Below, piece by piece: positions 12,298-25,043 of a stretch of 64,000 nucleotides of DNA. The position numbers and the translations under genes were made by a program. The notes beneath the pieces are model-generated. The model was not told the DNA's origin, made no database searches, and saw only the letters and a program-made list of their open reading frames with translations. The stretch comes from Octopus vulgaris. Its lineage: Eukaryota. The stretch is taken from positions 41,044,001 to 41,108,000 of the forward strand of contig OX597824.1 of the NCBI GenBank assembly GCA_951406725.2. Reading direction: 5' to 3'. Position 1 is the stretch's first letter. Each line of letters begins with the position of its first letter.

Positions 12298-13804
12298 GTA
12301 GTGCATAATATAGATCTTTCATCTCAGAAATATAGAATTTTATTGTTTTGTGGGTTTAAACTGAGTAGACAGAAACTATGGAGAAGCCTGTTGCATTTAT
12401 TGATGCTAAGTGTCACACTGATTATGTCTGACACTGAATTGCATTAAGGGTACAAGTAACTAGCAAGTTAATCATGTAAAACCTCCTTGATTAGTTTGTC
12501 TGGATTTATTGTTTGGGATATATGTTGACTAATCTGTATAATCTGTTGCATATTTATTAGCTTGTATAACTAATATACACTCTGTTGGTTTGTGATTGTC
12601 AGCTGCATAATGAATCCATTGATGTATATCAATTATAGAAAACCCATTGATATGTGGCCATGCATGACAGCAGTGATTGATACCTGATCATTGAATGGGA
12701 TCCATCTGTCATCACTCATCAACAGTCAGTATGTTAAACTGGAGCTGAAGTTTACCTCTGCAGGCAAAGTAGTTGACAGTTAAAATTAGATGATGATAAT
12801 CCTTGTCAGGACTGGTTTAAGACAACTTATCAAGGAGCTTTTCAAGTCTGAGTCTCATTAGATCAGAGGGAAGACATGGCTAGTATATTTGAAGGAGACA
12901 ACCAGGTGCAGGGGTTGCTAAAATTCTTAGTGGGGGCCCCACTTCATTTGTAAGTTTGACTGATGATTGTTGACCCCTTTAAGTTCATTTGTCTTGCAAA
13001 CAAATATTGTTTTCTTTTTGGCCGTATTAGCATGTCCATCAACTTGCCACACATTCTAGAGTGAGACCTTTAAGTGGTGTTGTTGATTTAATCACTGATG
13101 ACCCAACCATAAAACAGGTAGTATTGGTTTGCATGTTTATTACTTGTAAACCACTCTTGATCTGATATAAACAACAGAGCAAATGCCTAATAATCATTGG
13201 CATGATAAGTGCATGGATGTATGGCAGTAACATCATAGTAATAACATCAAAACAGAACTGTAAACTGCACATGGAATACTTTACTGTATGACCATATGTT
13301 ATTTTTGTTGTGACCATTTACTGTATAACAAATTCACAGCTGAGTGATCATCATCATCCTACTGCATATAAAACTATATCAATGACTGATCATTTTCTGC
13401 ATAAGAAAGGCACTGATGTGTGTCCATTAACTCTACAAAATATCCACCCATGTGTAGCCATTATCAGTAATATAGATGGGAAATATTTATCATGAGCTTT
13501 ATAACAAACCTATCAATGCATGACCATTAATTCTACTGCAAGCGAACTAATTGATGTGTCTGTCTGTCTCTTAACTCTGCATACATGTTACATATGCATA
13601 AGGTTGGAACTGAACTAATAAATCCCTTAAATGTGTGTGAGTGAGTGAGTGAGATGAACTTAAGGCTAATTAAAATAATAAAACAAAGAAATATTTAATT
13701 TCCCAAATAAATAAACCATGTCAGTGTATTAGGGTTTAGATTCATTGATGTGCAACTGTCAACAGTATAAAAGATTCATTGGTGCATAAACTATTGTAAA
13801 ACAC

Positions 13805-15050
13805 TTGTGTAACTGTTAGCTGTGTAACACTTTTGTTGTTCTGTAACTGTTAGCTGTGTAACACTTTTGTTGTCCGGACACTGTTAGCTGTGTAACACTT
13901 TTGTTGTCCGGACACTGTTAGCTGTGTAACACACATTGTGTAGCTGTGTAACACATTCATTGTTCTGTAACTGTTAGTTGTGTAACACTTTTGTTGTTCT
14001 GTAACTGTTAGCTGTGTAACACACATTGTGTAGCTGTGTAACACATTCACTGTTCTGTAACTGTTAGTTGTGTAACACTTTTGTTGTTCTGTAATTGTTA
14101 GCTGTGTAACACACATTGTGTAGTTGTGTAACACTCACATTGATGTGTAACATGCTCATTGATGTAAAACTGTTCATACTCATTGGTGTATAACTTTTAG
14201 TTGTATAGTTGTATAACATGCTCATTCATGCATAACATTTCAATGATGTGTATCATTCTCATTCATGTATAACATTTCATTGATTTATAACATTCTCATT
14301 CATGTGTAACATATTAACATATCATTGATGTATAAATATTCTCATTAATGTGTAACTGTGTGGTATTGTCATTGGCATGCAACACTAACACGTGTAACGT
14401 TCTCTCCAATGTGTAACTGTTAACTGTGTAACACCCTCATAAAGCTATAACTGTTTGCTGTGTAACATTCTCATTTTTATGTAACAGGTAGGTGTCTAAA
14501 TCTTTCATTCATGTGTGTAAATGTTAGTTATCCATGTGTAATATTTTCACTGGTGTGTAACTGTTAGTAATGTAACACTTATTGATGTGTGATTGCTAAA
14601 TGTGTAACACTTTCATTAATGTATAACTGTGTAACACCCTTGTAAATCTGTAACTGTCTGCTGTGTAACATTCTTGTTCCGTAGTAGGTAGGTGTGTAAA
14701 ATTCCCATTAATGTGTAGCTGGTAGTTAACCATTAGCAATGTAAGATTTAATGTTGTATAACAGTGGAACAGTTTCAATGATGCGTAACTCTTAAATGTG
14801 TAACATTTTCATTAACGTCTAGCTGTCCCACATTGTCATGCATGTGTAACTCTTAGCTGTGTATCACCCTTATTGATATGTAACTGTCGTCTGTGTCACA
14901 TTTTCATTAATTTGGAGCTGTTAAATGTGTATCATCCTCCTCATTGGTGTGTAGCTGTTAGCTGTGTCACATTTTCATTAATGTGTATTGTTTAGGTGTA
15001 TTAATTGATGTGTGACATGCTTATTAATGTAACTGTCATCTGTGTAACAC
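13805..15050. repeat. Minisatellite built on GTAACTGTTAGCTGTGTAACAC, decaying rightwards
   Basis: 34-bp and 22-bp units give a 90-bp higher-order period at about 13920-14135; degenerate TGTGTAAC units continue to about 15050. Confidence 0.9.
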
Positions 15051-15054
15051 AATA

Positions 15055-15278
15055 GCCCTTTAGCGTTAAGATCACTCTGTCAAATGTAATGCTTATTTAT
15101 TCACAGCGCTTAGAATTAATCACCATTATCTTGTTGCTTCAAGATGGTGTGATGATATGATTGTTTATTTTTAGAATGACATTATCAGGTAGGTGTGAGA
15201 GGCTGGAGCTGATCAGTTTGAACATAAAGCAAGTAGAATATCTGGGCCCGATGGCTGGTTTAAATGCTGAAGAGTTAA
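15055..15278 (+). mobile_element. piggyBac-like MITE
   Basis: CCCTTTAGCGTT ... AATGCTGAAGAGTTAA; colinear with the 6389 copy. Confidence 0.75.
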
Positions 15279-17549
15279 TGTGTAACTGTAAGTTGTGTGA
15301 CAGTCTCACTGTTATGTAATGCAGTCATTGATGGTTATAGTTCTTTTTTTTTTTTTTTGCTGCTTTTGTAGGTTCCCATGACTCTCTTGTCATCTAATTC
15401 CATTTTTATGAATTTTAATTGGGAGCTTGAGTCATTATGACTCTTTTATTTGCTGATTGCACAACCATGGATGCCATCCCTATGGATGTATTGCAGTTAC
15501 TCTCTTGATGGAGCTTGGAGACCCTGACTGTTGATCTTCTGGGACTCCTCCACTCAGCATCGATGTAAGAAGTACTGTTTGCACAGTTGAGCTCCTCTGC
15601 TACCTCTTCACAATCTTCCATGTTGCAGCCCCATGACTTAGCTGTATCCTTGGCAGGGGACAGACTATGAGCTGTGTAACAATCAGTTCAGTTTTGATAT
15701 TCATATATAATTGTCAGCCAAGTTATAGAATTGTTAAAGCAATGGACTAGATCTCTTATCAAACCTTTGCTTCTCAATGCTCTGAGTTTAACCCCTGCTA
15801 GGGAGGATTTTATTTTTAAAGCCTATGTAATTAATAAAGTAGATACCAGTTAGCTATTGAACTTCATTGAATTGACTTAAGAAATTTGAGGACTGTTGTG
15901 GATGTAAAATCAAATCTATGCTTATATCTAAGAAGAATAGCAGAGACAGTCTGGAAAGTAGTTTGGTTGATTAAATTATCATATTTACTGTTGTCCATTT
16001 TGAGTTTGTATTCAAATCCTGCAGATTTTTATCTGTTGATAAAACAGATACCAGTAATACACAAGTATCATTTAACTGGCTATAACTCTCTTTCCCTAAC
16101 TCAACATTTGAGCTTCTTCACATCTCACAGAATGAAGCAAATAGCAAATAGCAAATATCAGGCATGGTTTTGTGGTTACGAAGTTTGCTTCCCAATTATA
16201 TTCAGGGTTTATGGTTCAGTCCTACTGTGTGGCACCTTGGGCAAGTGTCTTCTACTATAGCCTAGGCCAACCAAATTTGGTTGAGGGAAATTGCCAAAAA
16301 ATCCAATATATATATATGTATAATATTTTGGGATGGTCATCTTTTTGCTAAATAAACACACATGCTATATATTTGTTCTTCACCTCAGAGTTGTTTTATT
16401 ATTGTTCTTATTTTGTGTCCCTTGTCTGGAAATCTTTCATCACTTATCCTGTGACCTCTTCTGTGACTCTCCATTCCATGTGTCTCCTCCTGATCCGTTT
16501 AGTTCATTCTGTCATTCTATGGTGTGTATCCTTATCTGCACATGTGTTGCATGCATGCACATGTGTATATATACATATATATAATAGATAGATAGATAGA
16601 GAGAGCTATTCAAATAAACATGTTTGGGCTTGATACATTAAAATAGACACTAGCTCCATATTAGCTCACTTGCAATCCTCTTATAGCCACTCTTTACCCT
16701 GTGGATTTAGTCCTCAATAAAGACTTCAGAGTACAAGTTCAGATCAGTTGAGAACTAATACATGTTTTCTATATGAAACATCTCTGGATCTCACCTAGCT
16801 AGCAGAACTTCAGAAGTAGTAACTTACAATCTTCTATGTCAATAAAACACTATTGTTCCTGAAAGTTGTTTTTTATAACCTTCTATGGACTGCTTGAAGC
16901 TTACTAACTTCCTACACTTTGATCCTTGGATCTTACCTTTACATATCATCATCATCGCCGTCATCGTTTAATGTTCGTCTTCCATGCTGGCATGGGTGGG
17001 ACTGTGTAGTTTATGTCTCCTTGTTTTGACATCACGCAATGGATATAAACAAGTGTTATCATCATACAAGCAGTGTTTCTTGTTTCCAGTATTTTGTGTA
17101 AACATATCCAGCCATGGGGAAATATTTCCTTACTTGGAAACAGGTGAGGGTTGGTGACAGGAAGGGCATCTGACACCAGATAAATCTGTCTCAACAGATG
17201 CCATGTAACCCATGCAAACATGGAAAAGTGAATGTTAAAATGATGACGGTAGTTGTGGTGGTAGTAGTGATGTTGGTAGTGATGGTAGTAGTGATATTGG
17301 TAGTGGTGGCAGCAGTGGTAGTGAAAGCGAATCTTTTATCTGCTGTTTTTTTACTTATTTCAGTCATTGGACTGCAGCCATGCTGAGGCACCACCGTGAA
17401 AAATTTAAACAAACCAACCTCCCCACCCAACTCCAGTTATTTTTTTTTTCTTTTTAAAGCCTGGTTCTTATTCTCTTGGGTTCTTTTGCTGGACTGCTAA
17501 GTGCAGGAATATAAACAAACCAACACTAGTTGTCAGGCAGGGTGGCATA

Positions 17550-17836
17550 GTTTTGCCCTTGGGCAACTGAAATTTTGCATTGAAGTCCAGTTTTCTCAAA
17601 ATCATTGGCTGTGTGGCTTTTTGGGTAATTTAATTACTTTGCATATTTTTAAAGAAATTCAACTTGTATTGTCTTCAGATTTACTTGAATGCAACAAATT
17701 TGAGTGAATCAGTAATATCTTCAGAACAACTGCAGACTGTCAACTCCATTTTAAAGTAATTTTACCTAAAATATAGGGAATTCATATACGTGAATTTAAG
17801 TTGTAATAGTCATGCAAAACCAGGTACTGCTGCTAG
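17550..17836 (+). mobile_element. Possible Helitron 3' fragment
   Basis: Ends GCAAAACCAGGTACTGCTGCTAG|T; no 5' end identified. Confidence 0.4.
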
Positions 17837-17852
17837 TTTATTATACAGCATA

Positions 17853-18163
17853 ACTGGCACTCCATTGGTTATGATGACCAGGGTTCCAGTTGACCTGATC
17901 AACAGAACAGCCTGCTTATGAAATTAACATGCATGTGGCTGAGCACTCCACAGACAGGCGTACCCTTAATGTACTTCTCAAGGAGATTCAGCATGACACA
18001 GTGTGACAAGGCTGGCCCTTTGAAATACAGGTACTACTCATTTTTGCCAGCAGTGTGAAATAAAGTGTCTTGCTCAATGATACAATGTGCCCCCCAGGAA
18101 TTGAACTCCTGGCCTTACAATCGTGAGCCAAATATCCTAACCACTAAACCACGTGCCTTCACA
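17853..18163 (-). mobile_element. SINE family C
   Basis: Reverse complement of the 11670 copy. Confidence 0.8.
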
Positions 18164-18366
18164 CATTATAACTATTTAGCCATAAGATATGATTGATGGC
18201 AGCAGAATTATAGAAAATGGCGTTAATGGGAGCATAATTTATTTCATCACCATCATCATTATCATCATCATGATCATGATGTCTGGTTTTTTATTCTGAT
18301 GTGATGAATTCTTCATATTAGTTTATTACCCTTGTTTATTCATCTTGACCCAGCGTTCTCTTGTCT

Positions 18367-18932
18367 TTAGCTCTTTAGCATTCAGATTATTCTGTCAAAT
18401 GCAAGGTTTATTGATTCACATTGTTTTCAATTAATCATTTATTATCTCATAGCTTTGAGATTTCATGCCATGATGTGACTGATTATTTTGTTGAATGAAT
18501 TAGTAGGGTGGGTATGAAAGGCCAGATTTGGCCAGTTTGAATATAAAACCAGTAAAATATTTGAGCTGGATAAAGACCCCCTTTGGTCATGAATGACCAT
18601 AGAATTGCACCTAGAAAGTTACCCTCCCAGGCAAAAGTCTGGGCAATGTTGCTTATGGAAGACCAGCAATCACCCATGCATACCAGATTCCCCTCTCCAC
18701 ACCACCAGTGTTATCCAAGGGAAAGGCAAAGGCCGATACAGCTTGGCACCAGTGATGTCGCAACTCATTTCTACAGATGAGTGAACTGGAGCAATGTGTA
18801 ATAAAGTGCCTTGCTCAAGAACACAACACTCAACCCAGTTCAAGAACTGAACTGAACTCATGATTGTGAGCCTGACACTCTAACCACTGAGCCATGTGCT
18901 GGATATGTTTGGTTTAAATGCTAAATGGTTAT
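18367..18932 (+). mobile_element. piggyBac-like MITE carrying an antisense SINE family D (18573-18897)
   Basis: MITE halves flank the SINE; GCTGGATA is duplicated at 18565-18572 and 18898-18905. Confidence 0.8.
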
Positions 18933-19188
18933 GGTCCCAGTATTGAGATTTCATTTCATTACTTATTTCCCCTAGCCCCCATCTCTACCCCAGGTTCATT
19001 CTACCATCAGCACTTACTACTGTCAGTCAGTACAGAATACTTTTTGAACCCAACATTTTTTTGTCTGTTCATACATCACATGTTTGTACCAGTATTGTCA
19101 TATCTCCTTCCTACATATGTTCACTTGTTGTCCTTAATGCATGGCTGCTTGCTTAGTTTAGGGTGTTATTGCAAACATTCTGTAGCCC

Positions 19189-19742
19189 TTAACCCATTAG
19201 CATTCAGATTTCTCTGTCAAACGTAATGCTTATTTATTCACATTGTTTAGAAATTAATCATGGCCTATCTTGTAGCTTTGAAATTTCAATGATGTGATTG
19301 TTTTATTTTAGAATGACGTTGTAGGTTAGGTGTGAGAGATTGGTGCTGGCCAGGTTGAACATAAGACTGGATAAAGGGTAAAGACCCCCTTCAGTCATGA
19401 ATGACCATGGGATTGCACCTAGAAAATTCCCTTCTAAGGCACATGTCAGGCAAGGTTGTTCATGGAAGACTAGCAGTCACTCATGATACTAGCCTCCCCT
19501 CTCCATGCCACTGATGTTATCCAAGGGAAAGGCAAAGACAGATATGGCTTGGTACCAGTGATGTCTCAAATCATTTCTGCAGCTGAGTGAGTTGGAGCAA
19601 TGTGAAATAAAGTATTCTCATTCAAGGACACAACACACAGCCGCATCTGGAAATCGAACTCACTACCACATGGTTGGGAGTCTGATGCCCTAACAACTGA
19701 ACCATGGGCTGGATACGGCTGGTTTAAATGCTAAAGAGTTAA
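19189..19742 (+). mobile_element. Second MITE + SINE D composite
   Basis: TTAA at both ends; SINE D at 19374-19708 is flanked by CTGGATA. Confidence 0.8.
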
Positions 19743-20271
19743 GGTATTACCTGACAACTACATTTTGATGTAGCATGTTTTATCATTAAAGTCAGCTTTC
19801 TTAGGGCATTAGCAGAGCTGCTAGAGTGCTGGGCAGGCTGCCATGTGGCACTCATTCTAACTCACTGTATCCTGAGTTCAAATCCCACTTAGAGCAGCCT
19901 TACTTTTCATCTTTTCAGGGTTGAGAAAATAAACAGTTGAGGGTAGTGGATTAGTGGACCTGTAAGGTACCTTGTGGTATTTATCCTGGCTCTTTGTATT
20001 CTGAATTTTTGGGTAATAGATGTAATCTTGAATTAGTACCACCCCTCCTTGTCCTAGTCCTTGGGTACTTTTAGCAAAATTCACTCTGTTGCAAACATTT
20101 GAGACAAGTCTCTTAGCTTGAGAATAATTTCTTCTCTTGGAGTCTCTGAAAGAAAAAAACCCCAACATAAATGACCCTTCATGGTTTCTACCCTTCCCTC
20201 TTTGATTAAATGGCCAAAAAAAGAAGCCCATCTCTTAACAGGCTGTTAACTAGGATTTAAGAGACAGCTGG

Positions 20272-20510
20272 TGTCATCATCATTTAACATCTTTTTTCCA
20301 TGCTGGCATGGGTTGGACTGTTTGACAGGAGTTAGCAAGCTGGAGAGCTTGCACCAGGCTCCAATTGTCTGTTTTGGCATGGTTTCTACAGCCAGATACT
20401 CTTCCTAATGCCAACCACTTTACAGAGTGTACTGTGTGCTTTTCATGTGGCACCAACATGGGTGCTTTCTATGTGGTACCAGCACAGGTGCTGTTTACAT
20501 GGCACTGGTA
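20272..20510 (-). mobile_element. SINE family E
   Basis: Reverse complement of the 24220 copy; (CAT)n tail. Confidence 0.75.
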
Positions 20511-21099
20511 TGTTAGAGTAACTAAAATAGAAAACAAAGAGTTCAACTAAGAATTGAACCGTCATTGTACATCAACCAACTAAAAGCTTACTACCACCAT
20601 CACCAATGCTATGTCTTACTCCCTCCCTTGGTATATCTTGATGAGGGAGTAGACTCCACTAATATAACTTGTCCTGGATTATATCTTATGAAGACAGAAG
20701 TCCTCAGGGCTACTCCAAATCACCCAATAAGGTCACAGTGGCTTGCAGTAGAAATGCCAAGCACAGTTATAATAGGACACAGTATGAGACTTACACACCT
20801 ATTGCCCTCCCCCTCACCAGGCCTTCTCCCTGATAAACTCTTCCTTCCTCTGACTGCAGCCTGCTGCCTATTTCTCTATCAGTCTGTCCATCTGTCTATG
20901 TCTGTCTGTCTCTTTCTTGGTGACATGCACTATTGTACTTTTCTTACCAATTCTTCTGCTTCTCTTTGTCACATTGCGATTTTTTTTTGTTTTCTTTTGT
21001 TGATGGTGATGGTGGAATTAGTGGTTGACTGATTGTATTGGTGTGTTGGTGATGGTGGTGGTTGTGTGTCAAGTGTTGGCTGGGTGGGCATAGGTGCAT

Positions 21100-21137
<38 letters not shown>

Positions 21138-21367
21138 CTTCTTTGATTCCTGCACAGGCTGAGGGTGTGTGGGAGGCTTTGTATATTATAGTGGTGGTGG
21201 TGGTGGTAGGCAATTAGGAAGAGGTTGAGGGAAAATTGCCTGGAATGTTCTCCTGTCCTCCAGATTGTCGTTACTCTCCTCTTCTTCCTCTCCCTCTCTT
21301 CCTTCTCCTTTTCACCACCACAGCAGATATCTTGACATTGTCAATATAATTCTCATGATGTGGCCAG

Positions 21368-21622
21368 GGATGATGATGATGATGATGATGATGAGAATCA
21401 TAATCATTGTCATTCTGAACAGACCTTCTTGCCTCATTTTAGTAACGTTTCACTAATTCATCATCACCGTCCCTTTAATATCATTACTACTATCATCATC
21501 ACCATCATCATCATCATCATCATCACCAATACTATCACCACCACCATCATCACCACCACCGTTATCATCATAAAGAACACCACCATCACCACCACCATCG
21601 TCATCATTGTCATCATCATTGC
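21368..21622. repeat. (GAT)n/(CAT)n/(CAC)n microsatellite field
   Basis: Direct reading. Confidence 0.9.
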
Positions 21623-23027
21623 AATAGTCAATCTTCATTATTACTATTGTTGTTGGGATCAAGAAAATCATTTCACTTTTGCTCTGGTAACTTGCATGTT
21701 TCTTCTTATCTCCATTATCATCAAACTAACTCATTGTTTCCATCCTCCTCTTCCTCGTCATCATCATCGGCATCATCTGCTCCACACAAACCCCCACTCA
21801 TGCCTCACCCCCGTCTCTCTCTCTGCATCTTTTTCTCTATTCATTTGTAATTTACTCTCTTCTCCCCCCCCCCCCCGCGCCACTTCTTCCTCGGTCCTCT
21901 CACTACACTGCATGCTATAGTACACACTAATAAACACTGTACTCTAATCCTCCCCTACCATGTCAGCCGGTGGGTGGTGAGTGTGCGGGGGGTGGGAAGT
22001 AGTGCTGGGTGTGGGTGGTTCTGCATTGTTGGTGGAGTGGTTAACAAGGGAGGTCTATCATAACTGTCCCCCTCCCTGATCCACCACTACTGCTGCTGCT
22101 GCTGGACTAATTCATCACCCATGCTCCCCCCCTCGGATCCTTTCTCCCTGATGGGGGGGTTGGGGCACGCTAACTAATGACAGCCATGAATGACCCAAGA
22201 CATTTTAGTCCCCCCACCCTGCCCCACGGGGATATTTACACACATAGTGATACCAGTGAAGGGAGGAGGAGGAGGGCACGTGTGCACATACACAATCACA
22301 CACACACATACACATATTGACATACATGCACATGCATTTAATACATGCTTACATGCAAATTCACTTTCTTACACACTAACATATATGCACTTACGTATAT
22401 ATTAATAGATACATATATGCATACGTACATACATACATACATGCAAAGATGCTAAGAAGCACACTCACTCACACAATTTTATACACACAGTTATATAAAG
22501 ATACTAATGCATTTATATACAGGCGGTTACTTAGTAACTCTAACACACACACACGCACACGCACACACATGACAAACTGTTTTCAGTTTCTCTCTACCAA
22601 ATTCATTCACACATTTTTAAACCCAAAACAAAGCATGTGTTAGAAATAAAAAAATAATTAAACAGAATGATGATTAGAACTATTACTTGGTATTTCTAAT
22701 ATTTCAGGCATAGTGCACCGTCTTCAGGAAATTTACAGAGTAAAGATGTTGACAGCTGATTTCTCTGTTACACACACACACGACAAGCTTTTTTTAGTTT
22801 CTGTCTACCAAATTCATTCAATACTGGACAATCAATAGTTTTCTCTTTGAATGGTTACATATTTATAGGGAGAGTGTATTGTTGTTTCAGTTGATCCCAG
22901 CACTTTCATGGGTTCTTAGTTTATGGACAGCTGTAAGAATGAATGTCAAAATGGGCTCTGAATGTCATCTCTGCTACTCTTCTCATTTCTGACCCCTTAC
23001 CAGTTAATAATAATCTTTTCTACTAAA

Positions 23028-23175
23028 GGAAGCTATGAGAGTCAAACAAAAAAGGTTGTCCGTGTTGTCGTCGAAGCATTGGGTTCAATACTGCCCAACC
23101 TGAAGAAATATTTGGGAACTTTAGAAATACCCTACAATCTTGGTGTTTTGCTAAAATTGGCTTTACTTTGTGCGT
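23028..23175 (+). pseudogene. 3'-terminal fragment of an R4/Dong-type LINE ORF
   Basis: VVRVVVEALGSILPNLKKYLGTLEIPYNLGVLLKLALL matches the VPVVIGALG...LQKAALLG C-terminus of restriction-like-endonuclease LINEs. Confidence 0.65.
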
Positions 23176-23483
23176 GATCGGCACTTGTGCCGGTGGCACA
23201 TGAACAAAACATTCAAGCGAGGTTGTTGCCATATGCCGCTGGACTGACTCCTGCGCAGGTGGCACATAAAAAACACCATTTTGAATGTGGCCGTTGCCAG
23301 TACTGCCAGACTGGCCCTCCTGCCGGTGCCACTCTCGGAGTGGTTGGCGTTAGGAAGGGCATCCAGCTGTAGAAACTCTGCCAGATCAGATTGGAGCCTG
23401 GTGCAGCCATCTGGTTCACCAGTCCTCAGTCAAATTGTCCTACCCATGCTAGCATGGAAAGCAGACGTTAAATGATGATGATG
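23176..23483 (+). mobile_element. SINE family E
   Basis: GGTTGGCGTTAGGAAGGGCATCCAGCTGTAGAAAC domain and (GAT)n tail. Confidence 0.8.
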
Positions 23484-23619
23484 AACTACATGCATACTGC
23501 ATGAAGTACTGTTTGTCTGAGACCCTTGTTGTGGCTTGACAGACAGTACAAACTCCTGGTGCACACAATATCTTCAATCAACAGCATCACAATATTGGAT
23601 ACTGTGCAACGTCTTCAAT

Positions 23620-25011
23620 AATAGTACCAGTTCAAAACTGAATGGAAGAAATATATTTCAAGCACTTAAGGTTGAGGTATTGGAGGGAAGAGGAGTTACA
23701 GAGGATAGACCAAAGATCAGGAAAATTTCTCACAATACATGGATTCTTCCACTCTAAGAACAACTCTGACAGGCTGTATCTAACCAGGCACAAAGGTGGG
23801 CAAGAACTAATTAAACTTATATATGCTCAGAAGGAAACAGCTTGGGGGTGGGGTGGTATATCAGGAGTGCCATAGAACCCTTGCTGGTTCGTGTGAGAAT
23901 ATCTGGTACAGTCAGGACAGACACTTGCTTGGAGATGGAGGAATACAAAGGAAAAAGAACAAGAAAGACAAAAGAGAATGGAATGGAAAAATGATGTATG
24001 AGCAGTTTGTGAGAAAGGTGAGCAAGAATACTGATACCATTGGAAAGTAACACTGGCCTAGGAAAGTGCTTGAAGCCAGAGACAGAAGTGCTTACCTGTG
24101 TTGTGCAGGAACAAGTACTTAGAACAAATTACACCCAATAAATGGATTGATAATATAGAAGAAAGTAACAAGTGCAGTTTGTGCAGTGATAAAGGTGAGA
24201 ATGACACCATGTAATAAGCATTGGTGTGGGCACTGGTGCCACATAAAAAGCACCCAGTATACTCTGTAAAGTGGTTGGCATTAGGCAGGGCATCCAGCTG
24301 TAGAAACCAAGCCAAAACAAACTATGGAGCCTGGTGTGGCCCCTGGCCTTGCCAGCTCCTGTCAAGCCATCCAACCTGTGCTAGCATGGAAAACAGCTGT
24401 TAAATGTCGATAATGATGATTGATGAAACCTGGCCCAAAAAGATTATAAAGGAAGACATGATAATGTTGCAAGAATAATTCATTGGGAGCTGTGTGAGAA
24501 GCATAGATTGGATAAAGTAAAGATGTGGTATGGGTAAACCCAAGGAGTAATTGAGAATAACATGTTAAGGATACTGTGGGATATAATGATCCAATGTGAT
24601 CATGGAAATGAACATCGAAAGCCAGGTGTAGTGGTTAGGGTGAAGAAGTGGTAAAAACGTGTTTAATCATGGATATAAGCATATGCTAATTATGACATTG
24701 TATTGGAAAGAATAATAGAAGCTGGTCAGATATGATGATTTGAATTGGGAAATAAAAAGTCTCTAATCATTAAAGAAGGTGAGTGTTATACCTGTTGTTG
24801 TTGGAGCTTTGGAACTATAATTACCAAACTTGCAAACTGTACTGGAAAGCTAGCAGTTAATGTGAAGATAAAGCATCTACAGAAGACAGTGTTGGTTGGA
24901 ACTGCACAAATCCTCCACAGAGTTCTCCAATCTGAATGAAGAGTGTTACATATATGGCCACTGTTGTGGACAACTGACACTTTGTTACATTCTCCAGTAA
25001 AGTTATTTTGT

Positions 25012-25043
<32 letters not shown>
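23620..25043 (+). mobile_element. Decayed, 5'-truncated R4/Dong-clade non-LTR retrotransposon, interrupted by SINE E (24220-24421)
   Basis: Peptides across frames: KLNGRNIFQAL, LTIHGFFHSKNNSDRLYLTRHKGGQELI, QEQVLRTNY, KCSLC (CCHC start), LAQKDYKGRHDNVARIIHWELC, ILWDIMIQCDH...RKPGVV, VIPVVVGALG, LQKTVLVGTAQILHRVL. The element ends in (TAA)n. Confidence 0.85.

Noticed and set aside
13850-14134. Repetitive 94-aa ORF and CRISPR-like appearance
   Set aside because: Tandem minisatellite with no unique spacers and no cas genes, in a eukaryotic context.
15415-15621. 68-aa minus-strand ORF in unique sequence
   Set aside because: Short, no homology recognised and no splice support.
21360-21920. 186-aa ORF; likewise the ORFs at 33443-34274 and 45637-46038
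   Set aside because: Trinucleotide microsatellite read-through with no recognisable domain.
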